A stretch of DNA of 64,000 bases from an uncultured Bacteroidota bacterium (GTDB lineage Bacteria > Bacteroidota > Ignavibacteria > Kryptoniales > JAKASW01), in the NCBI GenBank assembly GCA_963768145.1, contig CAVYHK010000033.1:227756-291755 (forward strand), read 5' to 3'. Positions 27,723 to 37,645 of the stretch are shown here, in pieces; within the stretch, counting starts at the first letter, position 1; the number at the start of each line of letters is the position of its first letter. The notes below the pieces were generated by a model. It saw only the letters and a list, made by a program, of their open reading frames with translations, did not search any database and was not told where the DNA came from. The translations under genes and the position numbers were made by a program.

Positions 27723-28139
27723 ATGAAAACATCCGACGACACCATCCTGACCGGAAGAGGTGCAACCGGAATCGGTTCCAGCCTCGCTTAGGAATTTCTG
27801 AAAGCGGATATAGAATAATCATGTGCGGTCGGAGAGAGGAAGAAATCAAGGAAGCGAAATCGAAATTCCTGTGAATCCACAGAACTGTCGGTGAGGTCTC
27901 CGATCTGAAGGACTGTGAATCATTGCATAATTGCGAGATCGAAAAGCTTAAGAACACAAACGTGCTGGTGAATGACTCTCGGTAGCCCGGTTGTCGGGCA
28001 GGCGAAGAGTCTCGCCGATGCATGCTGGAATAGTTCGGAGGAGCATCTCGATCCCGCGAATCACTTTCCGCGGCGACATGTAATCTCTCTTCTTCCTGGT
28101 TTGCAAAATCGAGAGAGACGCGCGAAATTGAGGCAGTGA
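27723..28139 (+). pseudogene. decayed short-chain dehydrogenase/reductase fragment (paralogue of 51049-51804)
   Basis: It reads MKTSDDTILTGRGATGIGSSLA*EFLKADIE, then after a frameshift IIMCGRREEEIKEAKSKFL*IH..VSDLKDCESL...NTNVLVNDSR*. Compare the intact TVLVTGGATGIGYAFAESFL.AGSEVIICGRREGRLLEAQKK...DLNVLVNNAG. Confidence 0.75.
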
Positions 28140-28147
28140 GTTGAAAA

Positions 28148-28588
28148 ATGGAGGCTGAGAAGATGAATCAAATCATTTCACGGTGCGGTTTCCGTTGCGA
28201 CATTTGCCCTGCTTTTACGGGGAACAACAAAACATTTGCGGACCAGGCGAGGGTTGCCGCCGGATGGTCGAAGTACTTCGGGTTGAAAATGCCTCCCGAG
28301 AAAATTCGCTGTGCTGGCTGTCTCTCACAAGACTACGCTGAATGCGATCTCCCAGACAGAGCTTGCCCGATAAGACCATGCGTTCTCCAACGCGGCATGA
28401 ACAGTTGCGCTGATTGCTTCGATTATCCGTGCAAGATGTTAGAAGCGAGAATGAAAGGTGTCGAAGAGGCAATTTCAAGGTTTAGAGATAAAACTTCACA
28501 AGAAGAGTTCGACGTATTCATTGCACCATATGATTTTCGAAAAACATTAAACGAGATCCGTGATAGACGAACAGATCGGATTGACTGA
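28148..28588 (+). CDS. DUF3795 Cys-rich protein
   Basis: ISRCGFRCDICPAF...IRCAGCLS...CPIRPCV..GMNSCADCFDYPC. Confidence 0.75.
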   Translation: MEAEKMNQIISRCGFRCDICPAFTGNNKTFADQARVAAGWSKYFGLKMPPEKIRCAGCLSQDYAECDLPDRACPIRPCVLQRGMNSCADCFDYPCKMLEARMKGVEEAISRFRDKTSQEEFDVFIAPYDFRKTLNEIRDRRTDRID

Positions 28589-28688
28589 GCGTTGAGATAG
28601 GGAATAGCATTTTCTTGATTCTTCGAGGCGGTGGTTTTACATTGCAACAGCGTTGGTCCTATTGCCTGCGAATCGACTGCAGGAATTT

Positions 28689-28820
28689 TGGTGCTGGCTC
28701 AGTTTGGTTTCTCCCGCAGATTTCGCAGATGAACGCAGAAAATATATCAGCGAAAATCAGCGCGATCAGCGGGAAACAAACACCTTCTGATAGCATAAGA
28801 GGTGAAATTGAGCCACTGCA
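28689..28820. mobile_element. 132-bp MITE (short variant), TIR TGGTGCTGGCT / AGCCACTGCA, TSD GGAATTT
   Basis: ggaattt occurs at 28682-28688 and 28821-28827 (the direct repeat extends to 13 nt, ctgcaggaatttt). The body shares the gtttgg..tctcccgcagatttcgcaga...gcgatcagcgggaaacaaa core with 6743-6898. Confidence 0.65.
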
Positions 28821-28872
28821 GGAATTTTTGGTTCGTACAGTTCATAATAAAGTAGAAATAGAGGAGGATTGC

Positions 28873-29295
28873 GTGAACTGGAAACTTATCTTGCTGCTTA
28901 CCCTTTTCGGTATCGCTTTGGCGTTCGCCGGAGTATTGGGTTTGCCGGGAAGGTATGAGGCTATTATCTGGCCTGTCATTTTCATTATCTATGCGGTCAT
29001 AATTGTCAGGAAAACAACCGGGAAATATTTTCTCCACGCGTTTTTGACCAGTATAATAAACGGGGTCTGGATCGGCGTCATTCATGCGGCTTTTATGTCC
29101 ACCTACTTGGCAAACCATCACGTCATAAGCGAGTTCTACAAGACGATGCCGCTGAGCTATCATCGCCGCATAATGACTGTCATTATGGGACTGGCACTTG
29201 GAGTAATCATGGGGGTTATTGCAGGACTCGTAGCGTACGCCGCTGAGAAGACAATGAAGAAAAAAGAGTCAGCACCTCAGCCTCAAAGTAGATGA
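28873..29295 (+). CDS. small 4-TM membrane protein, unknown function
   Basis: GTG start 5 nt after GAGGAGG. The ORF-track N-terminus (28615-28872) is MITE sequence. Confidence 0.5.
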   Translation: MNWKLILLLTLFGIALAFAGVLGLPGRYEAIIWPVIFIIYAVIIVRKTTGKYFLHAFLTSIINGVWIGVIHAAFMSTYLANHHVISEFYKTMPLSYHRRIMTVIMGLALGVIMGVIAGLVAYAAEKTMKKKESAPQPQSR

Positions 29296-29438
29296 TTACA
29301 CAAGCATAACAATTGCAAAACTACTTTACACAAGGCTTTTTGGGACGGCTGGATTTGAAAATCATATGATCCTTCAAAGAAAACGGCGGTCCAGTCAAGA
29401 TCACTTCTCACAGGAGGTTTCAAATATACTTTTCGGTT

Positions 29439-29792
29439 TTGGCAAGAGAAAGAATTAAACACTTATTTGCCTATATCGGAGTTGAGCCGATAATCTGGAT
29501 TGCAGCTTTCGTTTTCTTGGCGATCCATGACCCATATAGCCAGAATGGATTTTCAATTTGCCCGTTGAAAGCACTCGGTTTCCACTATTGCCCCGGGTGC
29601 GGGCTTGGAAGGTCCATTTCCTTTCTGCTTCATGGCGATCTCGTTTCGTCATTCCGGACTCATATCCTTGGCATTCCCGCAACAATTATTTTGTTCTCAC
29701 GTACAGTGAATTTGTTAAGCAGGACAATAAAGCAAAATAAAACGAGCCACCCCAAATCAAAGGAGCTAACATGGCGAACATATTACAATTAA
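29439..29792 (+). CDS. DUF2752 membrane protein
   Basis: CPLKALGFHYCPGCGLGRS..LLHGD. Confidence 0.75.
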   Translation: MARERIKHLFAYIGVEPIIWIAAFVFLAIHDPYSQNGFSICPLKALGFHYCPGCGLGRSISFLLHGDLVSSFRTHILGIPATIILFSRTVNLLSRTIKQNKTSHPKSKELTWRTYYN

Positions 29793-30124
29793 TGCCGATG
29801 CTTGACGGCGAAGAGATGGTTTACATCCAAGGAGTCATCAAAGACATGACTGATAATCAAGCGCAGCAGTTTGCAAACATCTATAACGTAAGAAGAAAGG
29901 ATCCGCAGACAATTCTCCTCGTCACGCTGCTAGGATTTCTGGGAGTTGCCGGAGTGCAGCGTTTTCTGACAAACCGCATCGGCATGGGCTTGCTTTACCT
30001 GTTCACGGTCGGATTATGCTGGATCGGAACTATCGTCGATCTGGTGAACTACCGCAGAATTGCTTTCGAATATAATTACGAGGTGGCGCAACAAGTCGCT
30101 GTTATGGTAAAAGCGTCAAGTTGA
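29771..30124 (+). CDS. TM2 domain-containing protein
   Basis: ILLVTLLGFLGVAGVQRFLTNRIGMGLLYLFTVGLCWIGTIVD. Confidence 0.8.
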   Translation: MANILQLMPMLDGEEMVYIQGVIKDMTDNQAQQFANIYNVRRKDPQTILLVTLLGFLGVAGVQRFLTNRIGMGLLYLFTVGLCWIGTIVDLVNYRRIAFEYNYEVAQQVAVMVKASS

Positions 30125-30229
30125 GAAAACAATTAAGCACTTAGACATTTCCAGGAAGAAGCATGCTTCGAGAACCATCCCCTGATTGCAGTTTGTCAAT
30201 CTTGGAGATTGTCGCGTCCCTTCCTTTCC

Positions 30230-30514
30230 CAGTAGTGGGCTATTTTGAACTGGGCCGAAATTTATTTGCGATCCCTGTGCCTTCTCAGCGTTTGAGCGCC
30301 TTGCGGCATCGAGTCCGTTGAGCAACCATGTTTCGTCATCCTGAACTTGTTTCAGGGTCTCAAAACAAGAGGATATTAGATGCTGAAATAAATTCAGCAT
30401 GCCTAGTTCGTACTTCCGCACCGGACTCCATCCCGCATTCTCGTATCAGATAATTGAGCGGGAGAGACGCAATGGACGCAAAGAGAATATTCGCGACTAA
30501 AATAGCCCAGTACC
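30230..30514. mobile_element. 285-bp MITE of the same TIR family, TSD CCTTTCC
   Basis: TIR CAGTAGTGGGCT (30230-30241) pairs with AGCCCAGTACC (30504-30514). cctttcc occurs at 30223-30229 and 30515-30521. The cargo differs (gtcatcctgaacttgtttcagggtct-type hairpin). Confidence 0.65.
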
Positions 30515-30632
30515 CCTTTCCTTGATTCTTGGGGGCTCCGAAACTATATTTTCCCGCTAAATCCTCCAACGGGGTCCTACGGACCCTCAGGACAAGCAAT
30601 AACTTGCAAAACATCAAGATTTATGGGAGTTT

Positions 30633-31193
30633 ATGGCGACAACATCTGAATTCAGGCCAGGTTTGACAATTCGGTATAACAATGACCTCTGGACAATTGT
30701 CGAATTTCAGCATGTGAACCCGGGAAACTGGCGCGCATTCGTCCGAGCAAAGATGAAAAATATCAAGACTGGGCAGGTCATCGAAAATCGGTTTCGCGCT
30801 GGCCAGGATATCGAGGTGGTTAGAATCGAACAACGTGCCTACCAATATCTCTATCGAGACGGAGATATGCTGGTTTTCATGGACAACAATACGTACGATC
30901 AAATACAGGTACCTGAGGAAGTTATCGGCGAGGGAAGCAAATTTCTAAAAGAGAATGAAACCGTTCAGCTTTTTTTCAACGGGACGGAAATAACTGGAGT
31001 TGAGATTCCGATATTCGTTAGTCTTAAGGTCGTTGAGACTGAGCCGGGAATGAAAGGTGATAGTGTCAATAACGTCATGAAAGCGGCGAAGCTGGAGACG
31101 GGTGCCACCGTAAACGTACCGATCTTCGTCAATGAAGGAGACATGCTGAAAATAGACACACGTAATGGCGGCTACGTGGAGCGCGTAAAGTAG
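30633..31193 (+). CDS. efp: elongation factor P
   Basis: 186 aa: [42 protein letters not shown]. Confidence 0.93.
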   Translation: MATTSEFRPGLTIRYNNDLWTIVEFQHVNPGNWRAFVRAKMKNIKTGQVIENRFRAGQDIEVVRIEQRAYQYLYRDGDMLVFMDNNTYDQIQVPEEVIGEGSKFLKENETVQLFFNGTEITGVEIPIFVSLKVVETEPGMKGDSVNNVMKAAKLETGATVNVPIFVNEGDMLKIDTRNGGYVERVK

Positions 31194-31235
31194 ATCCTCT
31201 TCGGCAAGCGACAGACTTGCCGGGATGAGCAATCT

Positions 31236-31262
31236 GTCCCGTTCGAAACCGGGACTTTTTTA
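31236..31262 (+). terminator. intrinsic terminator after efp
   Basis: GTCCCG-ttcgaaac-CGGGAC followed by TTTTTTA. Confidence 0.7.
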
Positions 31263-31296
31263 TCTTAATCGATGGAACCACAGGATCGGAGTCGAT

Positions 31297-31782
31297 ATGG
31301 ACATTAGCTACATCAAGAAACTGATAAAACTTCTCGACGAGAGCGGAATTGACGAAATAGAGATTGAGGAGGAAGGAAAAAAGGTTAGGGTCAGCAAGGC
31401 TCACCACAACTCTTATGCAATCCCGACTTTTATTCCGCAATACTTTTCGCAGCCTCAGGCGGCTCCACAGTCTTCGACAGCACCGAAAGTAGATCCTCTC
31501 CCGGCTGCAGAGCCAATCTCCGCGCCAAAACCTGAAGAAAAGAAATATCACGAGGTCCGTTCTCCAATTGTCGGAACATTCTACCGAGCGCCGGCGCCGA
31601 ACGCTGATCCGTACGTACAGATTGGCTCGACGGTTCAGCAAGGATCGGTCCTTTGCATCATCGAAGCAATGAAGCTGATGAATGAGATTGAATCCGACGT
31701 CGCGGGAAGAATTGTGCAAGTACTGGTTGAAAACGGAAAGCCTGTGGAGTATAACCAACCGCTTTTTCTGGTAGAACCTTAG
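31297..31782 (+). CDS. accB: acetyl-CoA carboxylase biotin carboxyl carrier protein
   Basis: [27 protein letters not shown]...[15 protein letters not shown] (biotinyl-Lys motif). Start is placed downstream of the efp terminator. Confidence 0.9.
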   Translation: MDISYIKKLIKLLDESGIDEIEIEEEGKKVRVSKAHHNSYAIPTFIPQYFSQPQAAPQSSTAPKVDPLPAAEPISAPKPEEKKYHEVRSPIVGTFYRAPAPNADPYVQIGSTVQQGSVLCIIEAMKLMNEIESDVAGRIVQVLVENGKPVEYNQPLFLVEP

Positions 31783-31828
31783 TCACCAGAAAGTTTGACC
31801 GCTTAATCCATAACTGAGAAAGATCTGA

Positions 31829-33211
31829 TTGTTCAAAAAGATACTTATCGCTAACAGAGGTGAAATAGCTCTTCGCGTAATACGAACCTGCAAGGAGCTT
31901 GGCATCGAGTCAGTGGCCGTCTATTCGGAGGCGGACCGCGATTCATTACACGTCAGATTTGCCGATGAAGCTGTCTGTATAGGGCCGCCGTCGAGTCGTG
32001 AGAGCTATTTGAACATTCCACGCATTATCGCTGCCGCGGAAATCACAAACGCGGACGCAATCCATCCCGGTTACGGTTTTCTCGCGGAGAACGCTCAATT
32101 CTCTGAAATCTGTCAAAGCAGTGGAATAAAATTTATCGGGCCGAAGCCGGAAATGATCACCGCCATGGGTGACAAGGCTTCTGCCAAAGAGACAATGCAC
32201 AATGCCGGTGTGCCCGTTGTCCCGGGCAGTGATGGTATAGTCGAAGATCTAAAGAAGGCGAAAGAAATCGCCGATGGCGTTGGCTATCCGGTCATCATAA
32301 AAGCAACCGCGGGCGGCGGTGGAAAAGGGATGCGGCTCTCGTGGAAACCGGACGAGTTTGAAAGACAATTTCAGATGGCACAAACGGAAGCTGAAGCCGC
32401 CTTCGGGAACCGGAATGTCTATATTGAAAAGTATATAGAACAGCCGCGGCACATTGAGATTCAAGTTCTCGGCGACCAGCACGGCGAAGTCATTCACCTC
32501 GGTGAACGGGAGTGTTCCATTCAAAGGCGGCACCAGAAGTTGATCGAAGAATCTCCTTCTGTGGCTGTAGATGCTGAGCTCCGCGAGAAGATGGGCGCCG
32601 CCGCCATAAAAGGTGCAAAAAGCGTCAAATACGAAGGTGCCGGAACGATTGAGTTCCTGATCGATAAAAACAGGAATTTCTATTTCATGGAGATGAACAC
32701 GAGAATTCAAGTCGAGCATCCGGTAACGGAAGAAGTCACCGGCGTCGATCTGGTGAAGGAGCAAATCAATATTGCCGCGGGTGCAAAAGTCAGCAAGAGA
32801 AAACTGAAGCAGGTCGGCAGCGCAATCGAGTGCAGAATTAATGCAGAAGACCCCTATAAAGACTTTCGTCCAAACCCCGGCATCATAACCGGATTTCACA
32901 CGCCTGGTGGCTACGGGGTGCGTGTCGATTCACATGCGTACGTCGGCTACACTATTCCACCGTATTACGATTCGCTTATTGCAAAGCTCGTAGCGTTCGG
33001 TTCAAATAGAGAGGAAGCCATTAATAGAATGGCTCGAGCGCTCGAAGAATTTATTGTCGAAGGTGTCGCAACGACGATACCTTTCCAGATGAAGGTAATG
33101 AAAGATGAGCGGTTCAGGAAGGGCGAATTCGATACCCACTTCTTGGACTCTTTTAATTTTGTCGAAGATCCTCCCGCCGAGAATGAGATAAGCCCTCGCG
33201 GAACAGACTGA
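31829..33211 (+). CDS. accC: acetyl-CoA carboxylase biotin carboxylase subunit
   Basis: [28 protein letters not shown]...[17 protein letters not shown] start. Confidence 0.95.
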   Translation: MFKKILIANRGEIALRVIRTCKELGIESVAVYSEADRDSLHVRFADEAVCIGPPSSRESYLNIPRIIAAAEITNADAIHPGYGFLAENAQFSEICQSSGIKFIGPKPEMITAMGDKASAKETMHNAGVPVVPGSDGIVEDLKKAKEIADGVGYPVIIKATAGGGGKGMRLSWKPDEFERQFQMAQTEAEAAFGNRNVYIEKYIEQPRHIEIQVLGDQHGEVIHLGERECSIQRRHQKLIEESPSVAVDAELREKMGAAAIKGAKSVKYEGAGTIEFLIDKNRNFYFMEMNTRIQVEHPVTEEVTGVDLVKEQINIAAGAKVSKRKLKQVGSAIECRINAEDPYKDFRPNPGIITGFHTPGGYGVRVDSHAYVGYTIPPYYDSLIAKLVAFGSNREEAINRMARALEEFIVEGVATTIPFQMKVMKDERFRKGEFDTHFLDSFNFVEDPPAENEISPRGTD

Positions 33212-33222
33212 AGGAGACCCAA

Positions 33223-33603
33223 ATGGAATTTCCAACTAATCTGCGGTACACAAAAGATCATGAATGGATTCGTGTCGAAGCCAGCGCCGGAGTCGTCGGA
33301 ATAACCGATTACGCCCAAGGTGAATTAGGCGATGTGGTTTTCGTGGAGCTGCCGCCAATCGGCACGAGACTTCAGCAGGGCAAACAGTTTGGAACGATCG
33401 AAGCGGTGAAAACCGTATCAGATATTTTCGCGCCAGTCAGCGGAGAGATCGTGGAGATCAATGCTGCGTTGAAAGACTCGCCCGAAATTGTGAACAAGGA
33501 ACCGTACGCCGGCGGCTGGCTGATAAAGATAAAGATCGAAAATAGAGCAGAATTGATCAACCTTCTTGATGCTGCCAAATATCAGGAAATGGTCGGACAT
33601 TAA
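33223..33603 (+). CDS. gcvH: glycine cleavage system H protein
   Basis: YTKDHEWIRVE...GTIEAVKTVSDIFAPVSGEIVEIN (lipoyl-Lys). Confidence 0.93.
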   Translation: MEFPTNLRYTKDHEWIRVEASAGVVGITDYAQGELGDVVFVELPPIGTRLQQGKQFGTIEAVKTVSDIFAPVSGEIVEINAALKDSPEIVNKEPYAGGWLIKIKIENRAELINLLDAAKYQEMVGH

Positions 33604-33765
33604 TGTCGGCAAAGCCCCGAACTTCAAAATACAAGTTCCAAACAAAAACAAAATTCCAATCGACACGAGCAAAGATAAGTCTCAAGTTTTTTGATTTGTT
33701 TTTTGTTTACTGGAACTTGTTTGGAGCTTGGCGTTTGGAATTTGGAGCCTAACGGAGATTTTCTA

Positions 33766-34959
33766 ATGCCTTATTACCCAAACACCGATGACGATCGGCG
33801 CAAGATGCTGGATGCGATCGGAGTCAAGAACTTTGAAGAGCTGATAAAAGATATTCCGCAGGAAATCAGGCTGAAGGGAGATTTGGAAATTCCCCCAGCA
33901 ATGAGCGAGTTTGAAGTACTCAAGCATGTTTCGGCTCTCGCGAATAAGAATGTTCATGCACAAGACGCGATTTCATTTCTTGGCGCGGGGGTGTACGACC
34001 ATTTTATTCCCTCGGCTGTCGGTGCGCTTCTAAGCCGGTCTGAATTCTACACCGCTTACACTCCATATCAAGCCGAAGTAAGTCAGGGAACGCTTCAATC
34101 CATCTACGAATATCAAACGATGATTTGTCGGCTGACTAAAATGGATGTCTCCAACGCATCTCTCTACGATGCCGGAAGTGGGCTTGCAGAAGCCGCGCTC
34201 ATGTCGGTTGCGCATACCGGCAGGAGAAGGATTGTCGCAGCACATCCAATCCATCCTTTGTACCTGCAAGTTGTCAGGACTTACATTCACGGCCAGGGGC
34301 TCGAAATCGTTGAGGTTCCTCCACGAGATGGAGCTATTGATGTTGATGCGGTAAAAATGGTTGTCGATGAAAGCGTCGCGGCCGTCATGGTGCAGCAGCC
34401 ATCGTTTTTCGGAACATTGAGCGATGTTTTCGCGCTTGCAGAAATCGCTCACTCAAAAAAAGCTTTATACGTTGTCGATATAAATCCGATTTCACTCGGT
34501 CTTCTCGTGCCGCCAGGTGAATATGGTGCAGATGTAGTCGTCGGCGAAGGTCAGCCGCTCGGAATCACGGAAAGTTTTGGCGGGCCATTTCTAGGGATTT
34601 TCGCAGTCAAAGAGGCTTTGATCAGGCGTTTGCCCGGAAGACTGGCCGGCGTAACTGTTGATGCCGAAGGAAATCGCGGATTTGTCCTGACGCTTCAAAC
34701 TCGCGAGCAGCAGATCAGACGAGAGAAGGCAACATCGAACATTTGCACCAACGAGGGTTTGATGATGCTTGCCTCGACAATCTATATGTCGCTCATGGGC
34801 AAGCAGGGCATCCATGAAGTCGCGGAGCAATCGAGCGCGAAGGCGCATTATCTTGCCGATCAAATTGGAAAAATTCCCGGGTTCAGCCTGAAGTATCCTC
34901 AACCTTTCTTCAACGAATTCCTTGTCTCCACTCCAGTTCCCGCCGGAAAAAATTATTGA
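33766..34959 (+). CDS. gcvPA: glycine dehydrogenase (aminomethyl-transferring) subunit 1, 3' end disrupted by two 1-nt frameshifts
   Basis: MPYYPNTDDDRRKMLDAIGV...YTPYQAEVSQGTLQSIYEYQTMI. The conserved C-terminus continues in other frames to 35120 (..IIEAGLQKKILAG / LDVQRLLPGENGLLLAVTEKRTREEMD..). Confidence 0.88.
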   Translation: MPYYPNTDDDRRKMLDAIGVKNFEELIKDIPQEIRLKGDLEIPPAMSEFEVLKHVSALANKNVHAQDAISFLGAGVYDHFIPSAVGALLSRSEFYTAYTPYQAEVSQGTLQSIYEYQTMICRLTKMDVSNASLYDAGSGLAEAALMSVAHTGRRRIVAAHPIHPLYLQVVRTYIHGQGLEIVEVPPRDGAIDVDAVKMVVDESVAAVMVQQPSFFGTLSDVFALAEIAHSKKALYVVDINPISLGLLVPPGEYGADVVVGEGQPLGITESFGGPFLGIFAVKEALIRRLPGRLAGVTVDAEGNRGFVLTLQTREQQIRREKATSNICTNEGLMMLASTIYMSLMGKQGIHEVAEQSSAKAHYLADQIGKIPGFSLKYPQPFFNEFLVSTPVPAGKNY

Positions 34960-35104
34960 GGCAGGCTTACAGAAGAAAATTCTCGCCGGGCCTGGATGTC
35001 CAGCGGCTGCTTCCCGGTGAAAACGGACTTCTACTGGCGGTCACTGAGAAGCGGACGCGGGAAGAGATGGATATGTTCGTGGGGCTGTTGAATACTAGTT
35101 CAGA

Positions 35105-36637
35105 ATGGATAAGATTTTAATTCTCGATTTCGGCGGCCAATACACTCAACTCATTGCGAGGCGTGTCCGTGAGTTGAACGTCCTCAGCTTTGTCGAAAAC
35201 TTTGATTTCCCTCTTAAAAAAATCCGCGAACTTGATCCGAAAGGAATAATTCTTTCCGGCGGGCCTTCGAGCGTTTACCAAACGAACGCTCCACTTCCCG
35301 AAAAAGGAGTACTCGAATCGGGAATCCCAACGCTTGGAATCTGCTACGGACTTCAGATCGTGGCACACCTTTTTGGCGGCGAAGTGGACCGTTCGGCCCA
35401 TCAGGAATTCGGGAAAGCTCTCCTTGTCGTTGATGACTCAAGCGACCTTCTCTCCGGTATCGGTGATGTGTCGAAGGTTTGGATGAGTCACGCCGACAAA
35501 ATTGCAAAATTGCCGGCCGGTTTTATGCCAATCGCGCATACCGATAATTCTCCAGTCGCGGCATTCAGCTCCAAATCAAAAAAAATCTATGGCGTACAGT
35601 TTCATCCGGAGGTCATTCACACCGCTAAAGGAAAAGAGATTCTTTCGAATTTTCTATTTAAAGTCTGTAGATGCACAGGCGACTGGAAGGCGGGCAACTT
35701 TATCGAAGATAAAGTCCGCGAAATAAGAGAGAAAGTTGGAGACGGAAAAGTCATTTGCGGGTTGAGTGGTGGTGTCGACTCTGCAGTCGCGGCTGTCTTA
35801 ATACAAAAAGCCATTGGCGACAAGCTGCACGCTGTCCACATCGATAACGGCCTCATGCGCAAAGACGAGAGCAAGAAAGTTGTGGAATATTTCAAAAATA
35901 ATTTCAAAATGAATCTCCGCCATATCGATGCGTCGGAAACATTTCTCGGGAAACTCATGGGCGTGGCCGATCCGGAGAAGAAGAGGAAAATCATCGGAAA
36001 TACTTTCATCAAGGTTTTCGAGAAGGTCGCGCGTGAAATAAAGAATGTGGAGTTCCTGGCACAGGGAACGCTCTACCCCGACGTGATCGAGTCGCAGTCC
36101 CACAAAGGTCCATCGGCAAAAATAAAAACACATCACAACGTCGGGGGTTTGCCGGCTGTGATGAAACTGAAACTGATCGAGCCGTTCAGGCTCCTTTTCA
36201 AGGATGAGGTCCGCAAAGTCGGACGTGAACTCGGAATCTCAAACGAGATAATCGACCGGCATCCATTTCCCGGACCAGGACTCGCGGTGAGAGTTCTCGG
36301 GGATGTCTCTCCGGAGAAATTGGAAATGCTTCGCCAAGCTGACGATATTTTCATCGATGAAATCAAAAAGCACCGAATTTATGCCGATATCTGGCAGGCT
36401 TTCGCCGTGCTGCTGCCCGTTCAATCCGTGGGCGTCATGGGAGATGAGAGGACTTACGAACATACGATAGCGCTGCGCGCCGTCACCAGCGAGGATGGAA
36501 TGACGGCAGATTGGGCACAAGTACCGTATGACCTTCTTGCAAAAGTGTCCGGAAGAATTATCAATGAGGTTCGCGGGGTCAACCGAGTAGTCTACGATAT
36601 CAGCAGCAAACCGCCCGCAACTATCGAGTGGGAGTGA
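35105..36637 (+). CDS. guaA: GMP synthase (glutamine-hydrolysing)
   Basis: [20 protein letters not shown]...[12 protein letters not shown]...PPATIEWE. Confidence 0.95.
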   Translation: MDKILILDFGGQYTQLIARRVRELNVLSFVENFDFPLKKIRELDPKGIILSGGPSSVYQTNAPLPEKGVLESGIPTLGICYGLQIVAHLFGGEVDRSAHQEFGKALLVVDDSSDLLSGIGDVSKVWMSHADKIAKLPAGFMPIAHTDNSPVAAFSSKSKKIYGVQFHPEVIHTAKGKEILSNFLFKVCRCTGDWKAGNFIEDKVREIREKVGDGKVICGLSGGVDSAVAAVLIQKAIGDKLHAVHIDNGLMRKDESKKVVEYFKNNFKMNLRHIDASETFLGKLMGVADPEKKRKIIGNTFIKVFEKVAREIKNVEFLAQGTLYPDVIESQSHKGPSAKIKTHHNVGGLPAVMKLKLIEPFRLLFKDEVRKVGRELGISNEIIDRHPFPGPGLAVRVLGDVSPEKLEMLRQADDIFIDEIKKHRIYADIWQAFAVLLPVQSVGVMGDERTYEHTIALRAVTSEDGMTADWAQVPYDLLAKVSGRIINEVRGVNRVVYDISSKPPATIEWE

Positions 36638-36686
36638 AACTTTGCTTGACAACGATTATAATCCGTTGTATCAACGAGCATAGAAG

Positions 36687-37645
36687 ATGGGACTTTCGGT
36701 AAAGGGGCTTTTGGACGAAGCCGTTGGATTTCTCGGCGATGAGAAACCTCTGCATGCCATCCAGATCTTAAGGAAGATCATTTCGAGCAACCCTGAATGC
36801 GGTGATGCTTATTTGAAGTTGGCGGAAATCTACATCGGCATGCATCAATATGAAGCCGCGGAAAAGCTACTCGCCGAAGGGCTTTCTAGGATCAAGGATG
36901 AATACAAGTTGGTCTATGCGCTCGGAAGTCTTTACTACAATCTAGGAGAGCTGGAAAAAGCGTTGCCCTTGTTGAGAAAGCTTAACTCGTGGCGCAATCC
37001 GAGCGTTCATCTTGCCCTCGCAATAATCTTCCTCGAGCAGAATGAATTTGCAGAAGCGATCGCCGAAGCGAAGCAGGTTCTGCGGACCGACGTGAAATAT
37101 CCTGATGCTAACGGGGTTCTCGGAAGAATTTTTCTGAAACAAAAAGATTTTCCGAATGCGATAAAGTATCTACAGAGAGAACTCGCGCTGAATGAGTCGT
37201 CCGTCGAATTTCGATTGGATCTGGCCACGTCATTTTTTTTGCTTGGAGATCTGCGCGACGCATTGGAGGAATTTACGCTTCTCATCGATACAGATCCTGA
37301 TTTCTTCCCGGGTGGCTCATGTGCGGAAAAATTCTGCTCGAACTGGGAAAATGCAAAGAATCGGAATTCTACTTACAAAGAGCACTCAATCTCAACCCCA
37401 AGAGTGCCGAGGTAAAGCAAGCCATGGCAAATCTCTACAACTCAATCGGCGAAGTTGAGAAAGCACGTTCCCTATTCGATGAACTTGCCAGGGCAAATAC
37501 GATAATTGAAGATGACACGGACACGCTGGACCGCATTTTCCCATCTCGAACCTTTTCTCCGAATGGATCTCTCCATGAAAGCCGGGCTTCTAACTGGACA
37601 AATCATGCCGGGACGAAAATGACAAAGAAGAGACCCCGACGTTGA
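36687..37645 (+). CDS. TPR repeat protein, apparently split by a 1-nt frameshift at 37307-37313
   Basis: ORF 36687-37415 reads TPR helices until ..DTDPDFFPG. ORF 37319-37645 (open from 37301) continues WLMCGKILLELGKCKESEFYLQRALNLNPKSAEV. Confidence 0.65.

Noticed and set aside
31225-31296. Longer accB start at 31225
   Set aside because: That extension covers the efp terminator hairpin and its U-tract. [11 protein letters not shown] at 31297 matches BCCP N-termini.
33691-33765. Longer gcvPA start at 33691
   Set aside because: The extension (MICFLFTGTCLELGVWNLEP..) is translation of the TTCCAAAC/GTTTGGAA hairpin repeat. MPYYPNTDDD at 33766 is the conserved start.
36646-36674. TTGACA-N17-TATCAA upstream of the TPR gene
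   Set aside because: The -10 box ends only 12 nt before the ATG, leaving essentially no leader. It is possible (leaderless) but too uncertain to annotate.
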